Assembly: GCA_035382085.1 (NCBI GenBank)
Contig: DAOSZO010000001.1
Coordinates: 4,488-68,487, forward strand
Direction of reading: 5' to 3'
Source: Smithella sp.
Lineage (GTDB): Bacteria; Desulfobacterota; Syntrophia; Syntrophales; Smithellaceae
Length of the DNA: 64,000 bases
Both the position numbers and the translations under genes were made by a program. Position 1 is the first letter of the stretch. Each line of letters starts with the position of its first letter. Below the pieces are notes generated by a model. That model did no database searches. It was not told where the DNA came from and was given only the letters and a program-made list of their open reading frames with translations. Below are positions 41,584 to 50,399 of this stretch, piece by piece.

Positions 41584-41958
41584 TCAGCTTTCTGCAAACG
41601 GAAAGGCGTCTTTGATCAGCTTCATTTCCGGAGGGGAAGACGTCATTAAAACAGCAACGACATCGAATCTGATCAGTTCATCCGTGAGATTATTTTCCTG
41701 CAAATAGTGAAGAGCCACGCGCGATATCTTTTTTTGTTTCTTGGTGTTAACCGCTTCTTCCGGATAACCAAATCCGTCGGACTTTCTTGTTTTCACCTCA
41801 ACAAAAACCAGGGATTGATGATCGCGCGCAACAATATCAACCTCACCCATCGGACAACGGTAATTTTTCTCTAAAATTTTATATCCGTTTTTCTTTAAAA
41901 AGGAAACGGCCAGTTCCTCTCCGATGAGCCCCGTTTTAATTTTTGAAAAGTTGATCAT
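41584..41958 (-). CDS. yraN: YraN-family endonuclease (UPF0102)
   Basis: GEELAVSFLKKNGYKILEKNYRCPMGEVDIVARD...VFVEVKTR. Confidence 0.85.
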   Translation of the reverse strand: MINFSKIKTGLIGEELAVSFLKKNGYKILEKNYRCPMGEVDIVARDHQSLVFVEVKTRKSDGFGYPEEAVNTKKQKKISRVALHYLQENNLTDELIRFDVVAVLMTSSPPEMKLIKDAFPFAES

Positions 41959-41963
41959 GCGGA

Positions 41964-42611
41964 CTAGAAATCAAATTTCACTTGCCGAAAATTTTTGAGA
42001 TGAAAAGAACGGCGATGAATTTTGCAAAGACCGAATTGTCTGATGGCATCGATATGTTCTTTCGTTCCGTAACCCTTATTGCGATGAAAATTATATTGCG
42101 GATATTGCCGATGGTACATTTCCATGATGCGGTCGCGTGTAACTTTGGCAATAATGGATGCCGCGGCAATCGAAATACTCAATTCATCGCCTTTCACAAT
42201 CGTTTTTTGAGGGGTGACCATGGGAATCGTATGATTGCCGTCAATCAGCAGAAAATCCGGTGAATTGTCCAGTTCCAGAACAGCTTCCTTCATGGTCTGC
42301 AACGTGGCATTGAGAATATTTACTTTATCGATAGTTTCAGCTTCCGCAATGCTGACACCGACCGCCAGGGCATCCCGCTGAATGGTTTCAAATAAACTTT
42401 CTCTCTGGGCGGCTTTGAGTTTTTTGGAATCTTTGATTTCGTCGTTAAAATAATCCGGGGGAAGAATAACCGCCGCCGCCACAACTGGTCCCGCAAGCGG
42501 TCCCCGGCCAGCTTCATCAATACCGGCAACCCATTGATAACCCTCTTGATAAGCCTTTTTTTCAAAAGTATTCATCTGAGGGTACAAAACGAAATCGGAT
42601 TTCAGGCTCAT
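41964..42611 (-). CDS. rnhB: Ribonuclease HII
   Basis: Motifs GIDEAGRGPLAGPVV, DSKKL and ASIIAKVTRD. Confidence 0.93.
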   Translation of the reverse strand: MSLKSDFVLYPQMNTFEKKAYQEGYQWVAGIDEAGRGPLAGPVVAAAVILPPDYFNDEIKDSKKLKAAQRESLFETIQRDALAVGVSIAEAETIDKVNILNATLQTMKEAVLELDNSPDFLLIDGNHTIPMVTPQKTIVKGDELSISIAAASIIAKVTRDRIMEMYHRQYPQYNFHRNKGYGTKEHIDAIRQFGLCKIHRRSFHLKNFRQVKFDF

Positions 42612-42958
42612 TACTGCTTGGTGGCGTCTTTCACCCGGGCTTTTTTGCCTCGCAAATTTCTCAAATAATAAAGTCGTGAACGGCGGATTTTGCCTTTGGT
42701 GACCACTTCTATTTTTTGAATGACCGGTGAATGAAGCGGAAACGTCCGTTCAACGCCTACGCCGTAGGATACTTTCCGTACCGTAAACATGGCACGGCTG
42801 TCCCCTTTTTTCTTTCTGATCACTACCCCTTCAAAAGCCTGAATTCTTTGCTTCTGTCCCTCAATAATGCGCACATGCACTTTGACCGTATCGCCCGTTT
42901 TAAATCGGGGGATATCGCCTCTGATTTGTTCTTTTTCAACAACTTCTAAAATATTCAT
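42611..42958 (-). CDS. rplS: 50S ribosomal protein L19
   Basis: [13 protein letters not shown]...[16 protein letters not shown]. Start taken at the internal ATG that matches the L19 N-terminus. Confidence 0.93.
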   Translation of the reverse strand: MNILEVVEKEQIRGDIPRFKTGDTVKVHVRIIEGQKQRIQAFEGVVIRKKKGDSRAMFTVRKVSYGVGVERTFPLHSPVIQKIEVVTKGKIRRSRLYYLRNLRGKKARVKDATKQ

Positions 42959-42985
42959 CGCTTCCTCCAAAAATTACCTTTAAAA

Positions 42986-43534
42986 TTAATGACTAATTCT
43001 ATCCAGTATGATAGCCGCAGCGGAACGCACAGAAAGATGATTATACCTGCCCTTTCCTGTTATGGGCTCCAGTTTGAAATCGGACGCATCAATCACTTCC
43101 CGGGCGATACCGAAACCGCTTCCGAAAAGAATAACAAACGGCGACCCGCCATCCATGATCATTTCCTTGAATTGCGAAATTTTTAAAACATTGCCCGCCA
43201 AGCCCGCTCCCGTCACCACGGTTTTCGGTTTTTGGCCTGTTTCACGCTCGATCTCGGCAAAGACTTCAGGCAGCGTGTTTCGAATTCTGACCAGAGCGAA
43301 GGCATCCTTGCGGAATTTATTGTAATGTGCACCGACTCCCGTTATCCAGTGAGAAACAATTTCATGGGCCAAGCGCCTTTGTTCTTCGATGGGGTTGACA
43401 ACGTAAAATCCGTCGACGTCATAGGTTTTCGCAATTCTCGCAATGTCATGAAGATCCATGTTCGCGATGGCTGTGGTAACCACTTTTTTCTCTTTATTGT
43501 AAACCGGAAAATGTAAAAGAACAATGTAAAGCAT
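42986..43534 (-). CDS. Putative SPOUT-like RNA methyltransferase (Methyltrn_RNA_4/DUF2168-like)
   Basis: MLYIVLLHFPVYNKEKKVVTTAIANMDLHDIARIAKTYDV...; family recalled from memory. Inserted between trmD and rplS. Confidence 0.45.
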   Translation of the reverse strand: MLYIVLLHFPVYNKEKKVVTTAIANMDLHDIARIAKTYDVDGFYVVNPIEEQRRLAHEIVSHWITGVGAHYNKFRKDAFALVRIRNTLPEVFAEIERETGQKPKTVVTGAGLAGNVLKISQFKEMIMDGGSPFVILFGSGFGIAREVIDASDFKLEPITGKGRYNHLSVRSAAAIILDRISH

Positions 43535-43625
43535 AAAAGCTTTTACCGAATATTTAGCGCCAAAAAGACCAACGCGTTTTTTAAAGATAGGCCTTTTACA
43601 TTATAAAATTCTGAAAATCAAGGTT

Positions 43626-44363
43626 TTATATATCATTTTGAGATATTTTTTCTAAATACTTTTTGTCTTCTTCCGAAAGTTTCACTTCTTTGAGTAGATC
43701 AGGCCGTCTTCTATATGTTTTTTTCAATGATTCATGCCTTCTCCACTGCTCTATTTGGGCATGATTTCCCGACAATAAAATTTCAGGCACCGCCCAATTC
43801 TTATATTGAGCGGGTCTTGTGTACTGGGGATATTCCAAAAGATTTTCCGAAAAAGACTCGCTGGCAGCTGATTCCGGATTTCCCAGAACATCGGGAATAA
43901 AACGCGACACAACATCTATCAGGACCATGGCCGCCAGTTCGCCGCCGGTCAGAATGTAATCTCCAATGGAAATTTCCCTATCCACCAAATTTTCCCTGAT
44001 CCTTTCATCTATGCCTTCGTATCGTCCACAAATGACAACAATTTGATTCTTGCGTGAAAGCTCAGCGGCCATTTTTTGATTCAACTTTTCACCCTGAGGC
44101 GTCATCAATACAACCATCGGATCCAATTGAGGAATTTTTATGGAAGCGAGGGCTTTTTCAATTGGTTCCACTTTCATCACCATACCGCAACCGCCACCGT
44201 ATGGAGCATCATCGGTCATCCGATGTTTGTCTTGAGCCCAATCTCTGATGTTGTGTAAAAAAACGCTGATCAGATTTTTTTCCTGAGCTTTTTTCAGCAG
44301 GCTGCAATTCAAAGGAGAAGAAAACATCTCCGGAAAAATTGAAAGGATATCAAATCGGATCAT
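43626..44363 (-). CDS. trmD: tRNA (guanine37-N1)-methyltransferase
   Basis: [25 protein letters not shown] and [19 protein letters not shown]. Confidence 0.95.
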   Translation of the reverse strand: MIRFDILSIFPEMFSSPLNCSLLKKAQEKNLISVFLHNIRDWAQDKHRMTDDAPYGGGCGMVMKVEPIEKALASIKIPQLDPMVVLMTPQGEKLNQKMAAELSRKNQIVVICGRYEGIDERIRENLVDREISIGDYILTGGELAAMVLIDVVSRFIPDVLGNPESAASESFSENLLEYPQYTRPAQYKNWAVPEILLSGNHAQIEQWRRHESLKKTYRRRPDLLKEVKLSEEDKKYLEKISQNDI

Positions 44364-44879
44364 TTATAACCCCTTCAGGAGCCTGACGGTCATCTTTCCA
44401 CCGGGAATGTCAATTTTCAAAATAACATCGGCTATGGCCGGAAGTAGAATTTCCTTGTTTCGCCCCTTGCAAACATAAACGTCATTGCTGCCCGTGGCAA
44501 AGATTGATTGGATGATACCCAAAGGCTTGCCTTCTTCCGTAAATACTTTCAAGCCGATAATGTCGCACCAATAGTACTCGCCCTCGGAAAGTTGAGGCAA
44601 GTATTTCTTTGGCAAAAACACTTTGCATCCGATGAATTTTCTTGCCGTTTCGACATCGGCTATTTCCTCGAATTCGACAAACAAAAACTTGCCGGACGCC
44701 CGATTTTTTCGCACATGAAAACATTTCTTGTCCTCATCGGAGGCAGAGAGAAACACTTCTTTGAGGGCGGTAAAATTACAAATGGCCTCCGTGAAGCAAT
44801 AAATCTTTAAACATCCACGGAGGCCACGAGTCTTAACAATTTCTCCAAATTCGAAGAAATCAGATTGTTTGTTACTCAA
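44364..44879 (-). CDS. rimM: 16S rRNA processing protein RimM
   Basis: [19 protein letters not shown] barrel, EILLPAI. Position upstream of trmD. Confidence 0.9.
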   Translation of the reverse strand: MSNKQSDFFEFGEIVKTRGLRGCLKIYCFTEAICNFTALKEVFLSASDEDKKCFHVRKNRASGKFLFVEFEEIADVETARKFIGCKVFLPKKYLPQLSEGEYYWCDIIGLKVFTEEGKPLGIIQSIFATGSNDVYVCKGRNKEILLPAIADVILKIDIPGGKMTVRLLKGL

Positions 44880-45102
44880 TGATTTCTAAAACCGCCCTTT
44901 TATGCGCCTTGGCGGAAGCGGCGCTCAAAATCATCCTAATCGCTTTGGCCGTCCTGCCCTGCTTTCCGATGACTTTGCCTAAATCTTCTTTGGCCACTCT
45001 CAATTCAATAACCGATGTTTGTTCGCCGATGATTTCCGTGACATCAACTTTATCCGGATAATCAACTAAAGACTGAGCTATGTATTTGATCAATTCCTTC
45101 AT
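44872..45102 (-). CDS. KH-domain RNA-binding protein (UPF0109/YlqC)
   Basis: [19 protein letters not shown]...[19 protein letters not shown] at 45102 lies 8 nt after GGAGG. Confidence 0.88.
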   Translation of the reverse strand: MKELIKYIAQSLVDYPDKVDVTEIIGEQTSVIELRVAKEDLGKVIGKQGRTAKAIRMILSAASAKAHKRAVLEIIE

Positions 45103-45168
45103 CGCTATAACCTCCACTGATTTAGATTAAAACTTAGAAATCATTAAAATGAAACATCCTGATATCCG

Positions 45169-45423
45169 TTATTTAACCTTAGCTTCAATTCCCTTTGTCT
45201 TTAGCAAATTAGACACCGTAACAGTTGCCTTGGCCCCTTTTGACAACCAGTCACGCACACGATTTTCTTTAATCGTCACATCCGCGGGATTTTTTTGGGG
45301 ATCGTAAGTTCCCAAAACTTCTAAAAATCTGCCATCACGAGGGAAATCCGTATCAGCAGCCACAATTCGGTAAAAAGCTTTGCCTTTGGCACCCATACGC
45401 GTTAATCTAATTTTGACAGCCAT
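45169..45423 (-). CDS. rpsP: 30S ribosomal protein S16
   Basis: MAVKIRLTRMGAKGKAFYRIVAAD canonical S16. Confidence 0.95.
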   Translation of the reverse strand: MAVKIRLTRMGAKGKAFYRIVAADTDFPRDGRFLEVLGTYDPQKNPADVTIKENRVRDWLSKGAKATVTVSNLLKTKGIEAKVK

Positions 45424-45485
45424 TGATTATCTCAAAAACCTCCTTAAAAAATATTTTTTGCCTTTTTATCACAGCTTCCTCTGTT

Positions 45486-46817
45486 TTAAAAGGAAAAATT
45501 TCTCATAAAGGATTTTATTCCCTCTTTTTTATTGAATTTTTTCATCAATTTTCTAATTTCAACATAGTTCTTAAGAAGCAGGTTGACATCCTGAACCGTT
45601 GTCCCGCTGCCCAGGGCTATTCTTTTGCGTCTCCGGCCGTCAATGATCAAATAATTGCTTCGCTCCTCTTTGGTCATGGAATCAATAATAGCCGTAATCT
45701 TCACCAGTTCTTTTTCATCCGGTTCGATATTTTTCATGGCTTTCAATTTGCCCATCCCGGGAATCATGCCCATGATGTCTTTCAGTGATCCCATCTTTTT
45801 AATTTGCGCCAATTGGTTACGAAAATCCTCCAGCGTAAAATTACTTTTTCTGATGCTTTTTTCCATCTCCAGCGCCGCCTTTTTGTCTATGTTGGCCTGC
45901 GCTTTTTCAACCAGCGTGAGAATGTCGCCCATCCCCAGAATACGGGAAGCCATTCTCTCCGGATGGAATATTTCCAGATTTTCGATTTTTTCACCGATAC
46001 CGACAAATTTTATAGGTTTTCCGATAACTGCTTTCAGTGACAAGGCGGCGCCGCCTCGTGCGTCGCCGTCCATTTTGGTCATGATGACCCCATCAATACC
46101 GATGATTTCATTGAATTTCAAACCCACATTGACAGCATCCTGCCCCGTCATCGCGTCCGCGACGTAAATGGTTTCCGCGGGAAGGACCTTTTCTTTTATT
46201 TTTTTGAGCTCTTCCATGAGCAAATCATCGATATGCAATCTGCCTGCCGTATCAATAATCATAACCTCATAACCGTTTTTGCGGGATTCTTCCACGGCTT
46301 GAGCGCAGATTTCGACCGGATTCTGGGAATTTTTTACTTCGATGACGCTCAAATTAACTTGTTTTCCAAGTACCGACAGCTGCTGCATGGCCGCAGGACG
46401 GTACACATCCGCGGAAACCAGGCTCACCCTTTTGCCTTCTTTGGCCATCAGTCGGGCGAGTTTGACGGCCGTCGTTGTTTTACCGCATCCTTGAAGTCCT
46501 ACCAGCATCAACACGGATGGAATTCTAGAACCGAACTTGATGTTGACATTATGACCGCCCATAAGTTCCACCAAGCGGTCATAAACAATTTTTACCATCT
46601 GTTGACCAGGCGTGATGCTTTCAAGAACTTCCCTGCCCAGAGCTTTCACGCGGACATCTTCAACGAAATCCTTGACCACTTTAAAATTCACGTCGGCTTC
46701 TAAAAGCGCCATTCGAATCTCTTTGAGGGAAGCGTTGATGTTTTCCTCGTTCAAAACTCCCTTGCCCTTTAATTTCTTAAAAATGCCGTCTAATTTTTCT
46801 GATAAGCTCTCAAACAT
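45486..46817 (-). CDS. ffh: Signal recognition particle protein Ffh
   Basis: MFESLSEKL start, GLQGCGKTTT, DTAGR, and a Met-rich M domain. Confidence 0.95.
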   Translation of the reverse strand: MFESLSEKLDGIFKKLKGKGVLNEENINASLKEIRMALLEADVNFKVVKDFVEDVRVKALGREVLESITPGQQMVKIVYDRLVELMGGHNVNIKFGSRIPSVLMLVGLQGCGKTTTAVKLARLMAKEGKRVSLVSADVYRPAAMQQLSVLGKQVNLSVIEVKNSQNPVEICAQAVEESRKNGYEVMIIDTAGRLHIDDLLMEELKKIKEKVLPAETIYVADAMTGQDAVNVGLKFNEIIGIDGVIMTKMDGDARGGAALSLKAVIGKPIKFVGIGEKIENLEIFHPERMASRILGMGDILTLVEKAQANIDKKAALEMEKSIRKSNFTLEDFRNQLAQIKKMGSLKDIMGMIPGMGKLKAMKNIEPDEKELVKITAIIDSMTKEERSNYLIIDGRRRKRIALGSGTTVQDVNLLLKNYVEIRKLMKKFNKKEGIKSFMRNFSF

Positions 46818-46828
46818 TTTTTCCTTCT

Positions 46829-47602
46829 TTATTTTTCATGATGTTTTGTATTTCTGACGATGCATTTTGTTCCAATTTTTTTTGATATTTTTTCGGATGC
46901 CGTCACCGCCTGATGTTTTGAGGCAAAGCCTGAAACCATTATCCGGTAGACCGTTCCCTTTCCTTCGAGCTCCGCCTTTACCACCGAGGATTTGTACCCC
47001 AAAGACGATACTTTCTTGTTGAGATCCTCCGCCTTTTTCTTTTCTTTCAGCGAAGCTGCCTGAATCACGAAATGATCGTGGTTGACGGATAATTGCGGTT
47101 CTTCTTTTTCCGTCGTCTTGCTCGGGGTCTTGCTTTCTTGCTTCTCTTCCGCTCTCACCGGTTCCACTGGATTTTTTTTACTGCCCTCCGATGCGCTTTC
47201 CGAAGATTTGCCAGGATCGTTAAAATCAAGAACCACGGATTCATCTCTTTTCAGATTTCCAACGACATTTGCTTCGTCTTGCATGGATTCTGTTTTCGGA
47301 TCCCCCTTTTTGTTGGTCAAAGCATTATAGAAGGTCAAATCAATATCCCCTTCTTTTGACTGCACCTTCTGATTTGCATGGGAATCATCCACGTCAATAT
47401 GAATTTTTTGAGGTCGCCATAAGACATCCATGACTTGTTGAGGAATGGCCGCTATCTTTTCCGGATAAGTATCTATATTTTTACCAACATCAACGCCGAA
47501 CAAAAACGCAACGAATAGGAGCGCGGACATGCCCAGCGCCATAATGACGACTCCCGTTTTGCCGATTTTTATTTCGAAGTTCTTGATATTTGCCGGTGCC
47601 AT
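46829..47602 (-). CDS. SPOR-domain membrane protein
   Basis: N-terminal TM helix, a low-complexity linker, and a C-terminal SPOR-like FVIQAASLKEKKKAEDL...YRIMVSGF. Confidence 0.65.
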   Translation of the reverse strand: MAPANIKNFEIKIGKTGVVIMALGMSALLFVAFLFGVDVGKNIDTYPEKIAAIPQQVMDVLWRPQKIHIDVDDSHANQKVQSKEGDIDLTFYNALTNKKGDPKTESMQDEANVVGNLKRDESVVLDFNDPGKSSESASEGSKKNPVEPVRAEEKQESKTPSKTTEKEEPQLSVNHDHFVIQAASLKEKKKAEDLNKKVSSLGYKSSVVKAELEGKGTVYRIMVSGFASKHQAVTASEKISKKIGTKCIVRNTKHHEK

Positions 47603-47685
47603 TTATTCTTTAAACCGTTTCAACGTCTTACCGCTATGCACAGCGTCAAACGAACATTCAACCAGCGATATTTACCAAAAACACT

Positions 47686-49350
47686 TCACATTTTCTCCGG
47701 AGCGCTCACACCCAAAACGTTCAGGGCATTACGCAGAACCGTCTTAACTGTTTTGATCAAAAACAATCTGGCCATGGTCAGATGCGCATCATCCGAAAGG
47801 ACTTTGTTTTTGTTGTAATAGCTGTGAAAAACACCCGCCAGTTCATTGAGATAGAAGGTCAACCGGTGCGGTTCCAGCGCTTGGGCGGCCGCTGAGATGA
47901 TTTCCGGATAACGGACAACGGACTTGATCATGATCTTTTCTTCAGGAGCTTCCAACACGTTCAATGAAACATCATCAAAGGCGGGCATGGCAATTCCCTT
48001 GTCCTGGGCCATTCTCATAATACTGCAAATGCGCGCGTGCGCGTACTGAACGTAATATACCGGATTTTCGTTGGATTGTTTTTTTGCGACTTCCAAATCA
48101 AAATCAAGGTGACTATCGCTGCGCCGCATTAAAAAATTATATCGAGCGGCATCTCTGCCGACCTCATCAAGCACTTCACGAAGCGTGACGAATTCGCCGG
48201 CCCGCGTGGACATCGCCACCGGCTCCCCGCCCCTCAAAAGATTCACCAGCTGCACCAAAATGATTTTCAGCTTCTCTTTGTCATATCCAAGCGCCTGAAT
48301 TCCGGCCCAAAGACGAGGCATGTAACCATGATGATCCGCACCCCAAATATCTATAACGGTTTCAAATCCGCGGGCGAACTTATTTTGATGATAGGCAATA
48401 TCCGCCGCGAAATACGTCGGTTCTCCGTTTTTGCGGACAACGACCCTGTCCTTTTCATCGCCAAATGCGGTTGTTTTAAACCACAGAGTTTCACCGTCCG
48501 AATAAATGAACCCTTTTTGCTGCAAATCCGCCAAGAGATTGACAACGCCGTTGTTTTTATAAAGCTCTTTTTCGCTGAAAAAAACATCAAAAACAACGCC
48601 GAAATCCCGCAGGTCTTCTTTGATGCCTTCAAGAATCTCGGATCCTGCAACGGACGTGAAAGAATCAACCGCTTCTTGCTCGTCCATCAACATATATTTG
48701 TCACCATTCATTAACTTAATCTTAGCAGCGATTTCCTTGATGTAATCTCCGCGATAGCAGGTCTCCGGAAAATCAATTTTGTCGCCGTGCAGTTCGCGGT
48801 ACCGCAGAAGGACGGATTTCCCCAAGTTATTCATCTGATTGCCGGCATCATTGATGTAGTATTCCCTTGAAACATCATGACCGGCGGCGGACAGCAGATT
48901 GGCGATCACATCGCCGACAACTGCGCCACGCGCGTGTCCTATATGGAGTGGACCCGTCGGGTTGGCGCTCACAAATTCCACCTGAATTTTTCTGCCCGTT
49001 TTTCCGCTGATGATACCGTAATGCTCATCTTGAAGTTCAACGGCTTTTAAAGCAGCATGCCATATTTCGTCTTTAATGAAGAAATTGATAAATCCAGGAC
49101 CGGCGATCTGTACCTTTTGAAGGATGTTTTCTTCGTCATTGATATTATTCTGAATAATTTCAGCAATCATCCTTGGATTTTGCCTAACTTTTGAAGCGAG
49201 AATCATGGCCGCATTGCAAGCATAGTCGCCATAGGCGGAATTGGCCGGCGCTTCGACTTCCAGATAGGGCAAATCTATACCCGATATCTCGGCCTTTTCC
49301 TCGCTCCGCCTCAAAGCACTTTTAATGATGCTGATTACTCTGTTTTTCAT
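47686..49350 (-). CDS. argS: Arginine--tRNA ligase
   Basis: HIGH motif [12 protein letters not shown] and a DALR anticodon-binding C-terminus. First ATG at 49350. The track's TTG at 49383 lies inside a terminator hairpin. Confidence 0.92.
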   Translation of the reverse strand: MKNRVISIIKSALRRSEEKAEISGIDLPYLEVEAPANSAYGDYACNAAMILASKVRQNPRMIAEIIQNNINDEENILQKVQIAGPGFINFFIKDEIWHAALKAVELQDEHYGIISGKTGRKIQVEFVSANPTGPLHIGHARGAVVGDVIANLLSAAGHDVSREYYINDAGNQMNNLGKSVLLRYRELHGDKIDFPETCYRGDYIKEIAAKIKLMNGDKYMLMDEQEAVDSFTSVAGSEILEGIKEDLRDFGVVFDVFFSEKELYKNNGVVNLLADLQQKGFIYSDGETLWFKTTAFGDEKDRVVVRKNGEPTYFAADIAYHQNKFARGFETVIDIWGADHHGYMPRLWAGIQALGYDKEKLKIILVQLVNLLRGGEPVAMSTRAGEFVTLREVLDEVGRDAARYNFLMRRSDSHLDFDLEVAKKQSNENPVYYVQYAHARICSIMRMAQDKGIAMPAFDDVSLNVLEAPEEKIMIKSVVRYPEIISAAAQALEPHRLTFYLNELAGVFHSYYNKNKVLSDDAHLTMARLFLIKTVKTVLRNALNVLGVSAPEKM

Positions 49351-49370
49351 ATAAAAATCGAAGCCTGATA

Positions 49371-49411
49371 AAAAAAGTGACAAGCAGCTGATATCATTGG
49401 CCGCTTGTCAC
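49371..49411 (-). terminator. Strong intrinsic-terminator-type hairpin immediately upstream of argS
   Basis: Minus strand: GUGACAAGC(GGC)...(GCU)GCUUGUCAC followed by UUUUUUU. The stem is 9-12 bp. It lies 24 nt after the small-ORF stop and about 20 nt before the argS ATG. Confidence 0.7.
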
Positions 49412-49434
49412 TTCAAGTCTCCCCTTGTGAAAAT

Positions 49435-49611
49435 TTACTGCGACTGCTGATCTTTTTTTACTGCCTCTTCAATTTCATTGTCTTTGATGGACATGTCACG
49501 GGAGTAATCCGGGCAGCGGACACATCCCTGCGAATCCGTCACCACGCTAAAACGCTTCTGGCAATTGACCCGCCAAGCACAAATCGCACAATATTTTTTT
49601 TCTGAACTCAT
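49435..49611 (-). CDS. 58-aa Cys-rich protein (not in ORF track)
   Basis: Hand translation gives MSSEKKYCAICAWRVNCQKRFSVVTDSQGCVRCPDYSRDMSIKDNEIEEAVKKDQQSQ*. RBS AAGGA is 8 nt upstream. There is a consensus-like promoter upstream and a terminator downstream. Confidence 0.6.
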   Translation of the reverse strand: MSSEKKYCAICAWRVNCQKRFSVVTDSQGCVRCPDYSRDMSIKDNEIEEAVKKDQQSQ

Positions 49612-49639
49612 AACCTATTCCTTGAATTTTTTCTGGGAC

Positions 49640-49668
49640 TTTATAAAAATTAATTCGTTGCTTGTCAA
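49640..49668 (-). promoter_or_regulatory. Sigma70-like promoter of the 58-aa gene
   Basis: Minus strand: TTGACA (49668-49663), a 17-nt spacer, then TATAAA (49645-49640). Confidence 0.55.
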
Positions 49669-49701
49669 GCCAATTTGTTTTTTCTCCGTATCCTCAAAAA
49701 C

Positions 49702-50382
49702 CTACTGAATTCTCATATCGCGCCAGTAAATGAGATTTTTGTCCCCCATGCCTCCGGACAGGAAGGGATCCGTTATCCTCAAGGTATGACTTTTGTCGTT
49801 TAATTCTTCGGAAAAAGGCATATAAATGTCCTTTTTCTTCGTGTCAGGATTATCGGAAATCGACACAGTAGTGGACATTCCCTCCTCATGCTCTTTATAG
49901 CGCGAGCCATCTGTGTATGCGCCTTCTCCGGTAAGAATATTTAAGATATACAACCTTGACTTTCCGGCTTTATTGCACGAATCCGTTCCTGACGCTGGAA
50001 TATATGACGTCATGAATATTTTTTTATCCGCGACCTTCGCATCGCCTAGAACCTTTTCTCCTAGCGTTTCATTTAAGCTGATATACCATCCATGACCGTC
50101 CGCTGTGTCAGCATATGTCGAATTGGTTATGTCTTTTAAATCCGAAAGCGTGTATTTCTTCTCTCTGTCGGTGTCTTTGACCACAAAAATTCTGTCAACT
50201 CCAGTTTTAGAAAGAGGCTTTGTCTTGTCGCCCGTTCCCCAGATCACCAAAAGATTGTAATTGCCATCCAACGTTACAGCCGGTGCCGTGTAAATATTGC
50301 CGGCACCAAAAGCCGCCGGGGCAAAGCTTGTAATAACAATAATGCACAAAAAGGACATCCAACCTTTCTTGATGGCTTTCAT
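49702..50382 (-). CDS. PilY1-like protein, C-terminal beta-propeller portion, with its own signal peptide
   Basis: MKAIKKGWMSFLCIIVITSFAPAAFG signal. Then IYTAPAVTL...LVIWGTGDK, GWYISLNETLGEKVLG and SRLYILNILTGEG match the PilY1 C-terminal pattern. An alternative ATG at 50400 overlaps the upstream stop (TAATG). Confidence 0.7.
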   Translation of the reverse strand: MKAIKKGWMSFLCIIVITSFAPAAFGAGNIYTAPAVTLDGNYNLLVIWGTGDKTKPLSKTGVDRIFVVKDTDREKKYTLSDLKDITNSTYADTADGHGWYISLNETLGEKVLGDAKVADKKIFMTSYIPASGTDSCNKAGKSRLYILNILTGEGAYTDGSRYKEHEEGMSTTVSISDNPDTKKKDIYMPFSEELNDKSHTLRITDPFLSGGMGDKNLIYWRDMRIQ

Positions 50383-50399
50383 TTTACAATCTTCCTCCA

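Noticed and set aside
49405-49605. 66-aa plus-strand ORF listed in the track
   Set aside because: It is antisense to a better-supported 58-aa minus-strand gene that has a promoter, RBS, Cys pattern and terminator. The plus ORF has no RBS and a low-complexity hydrophobic translation.
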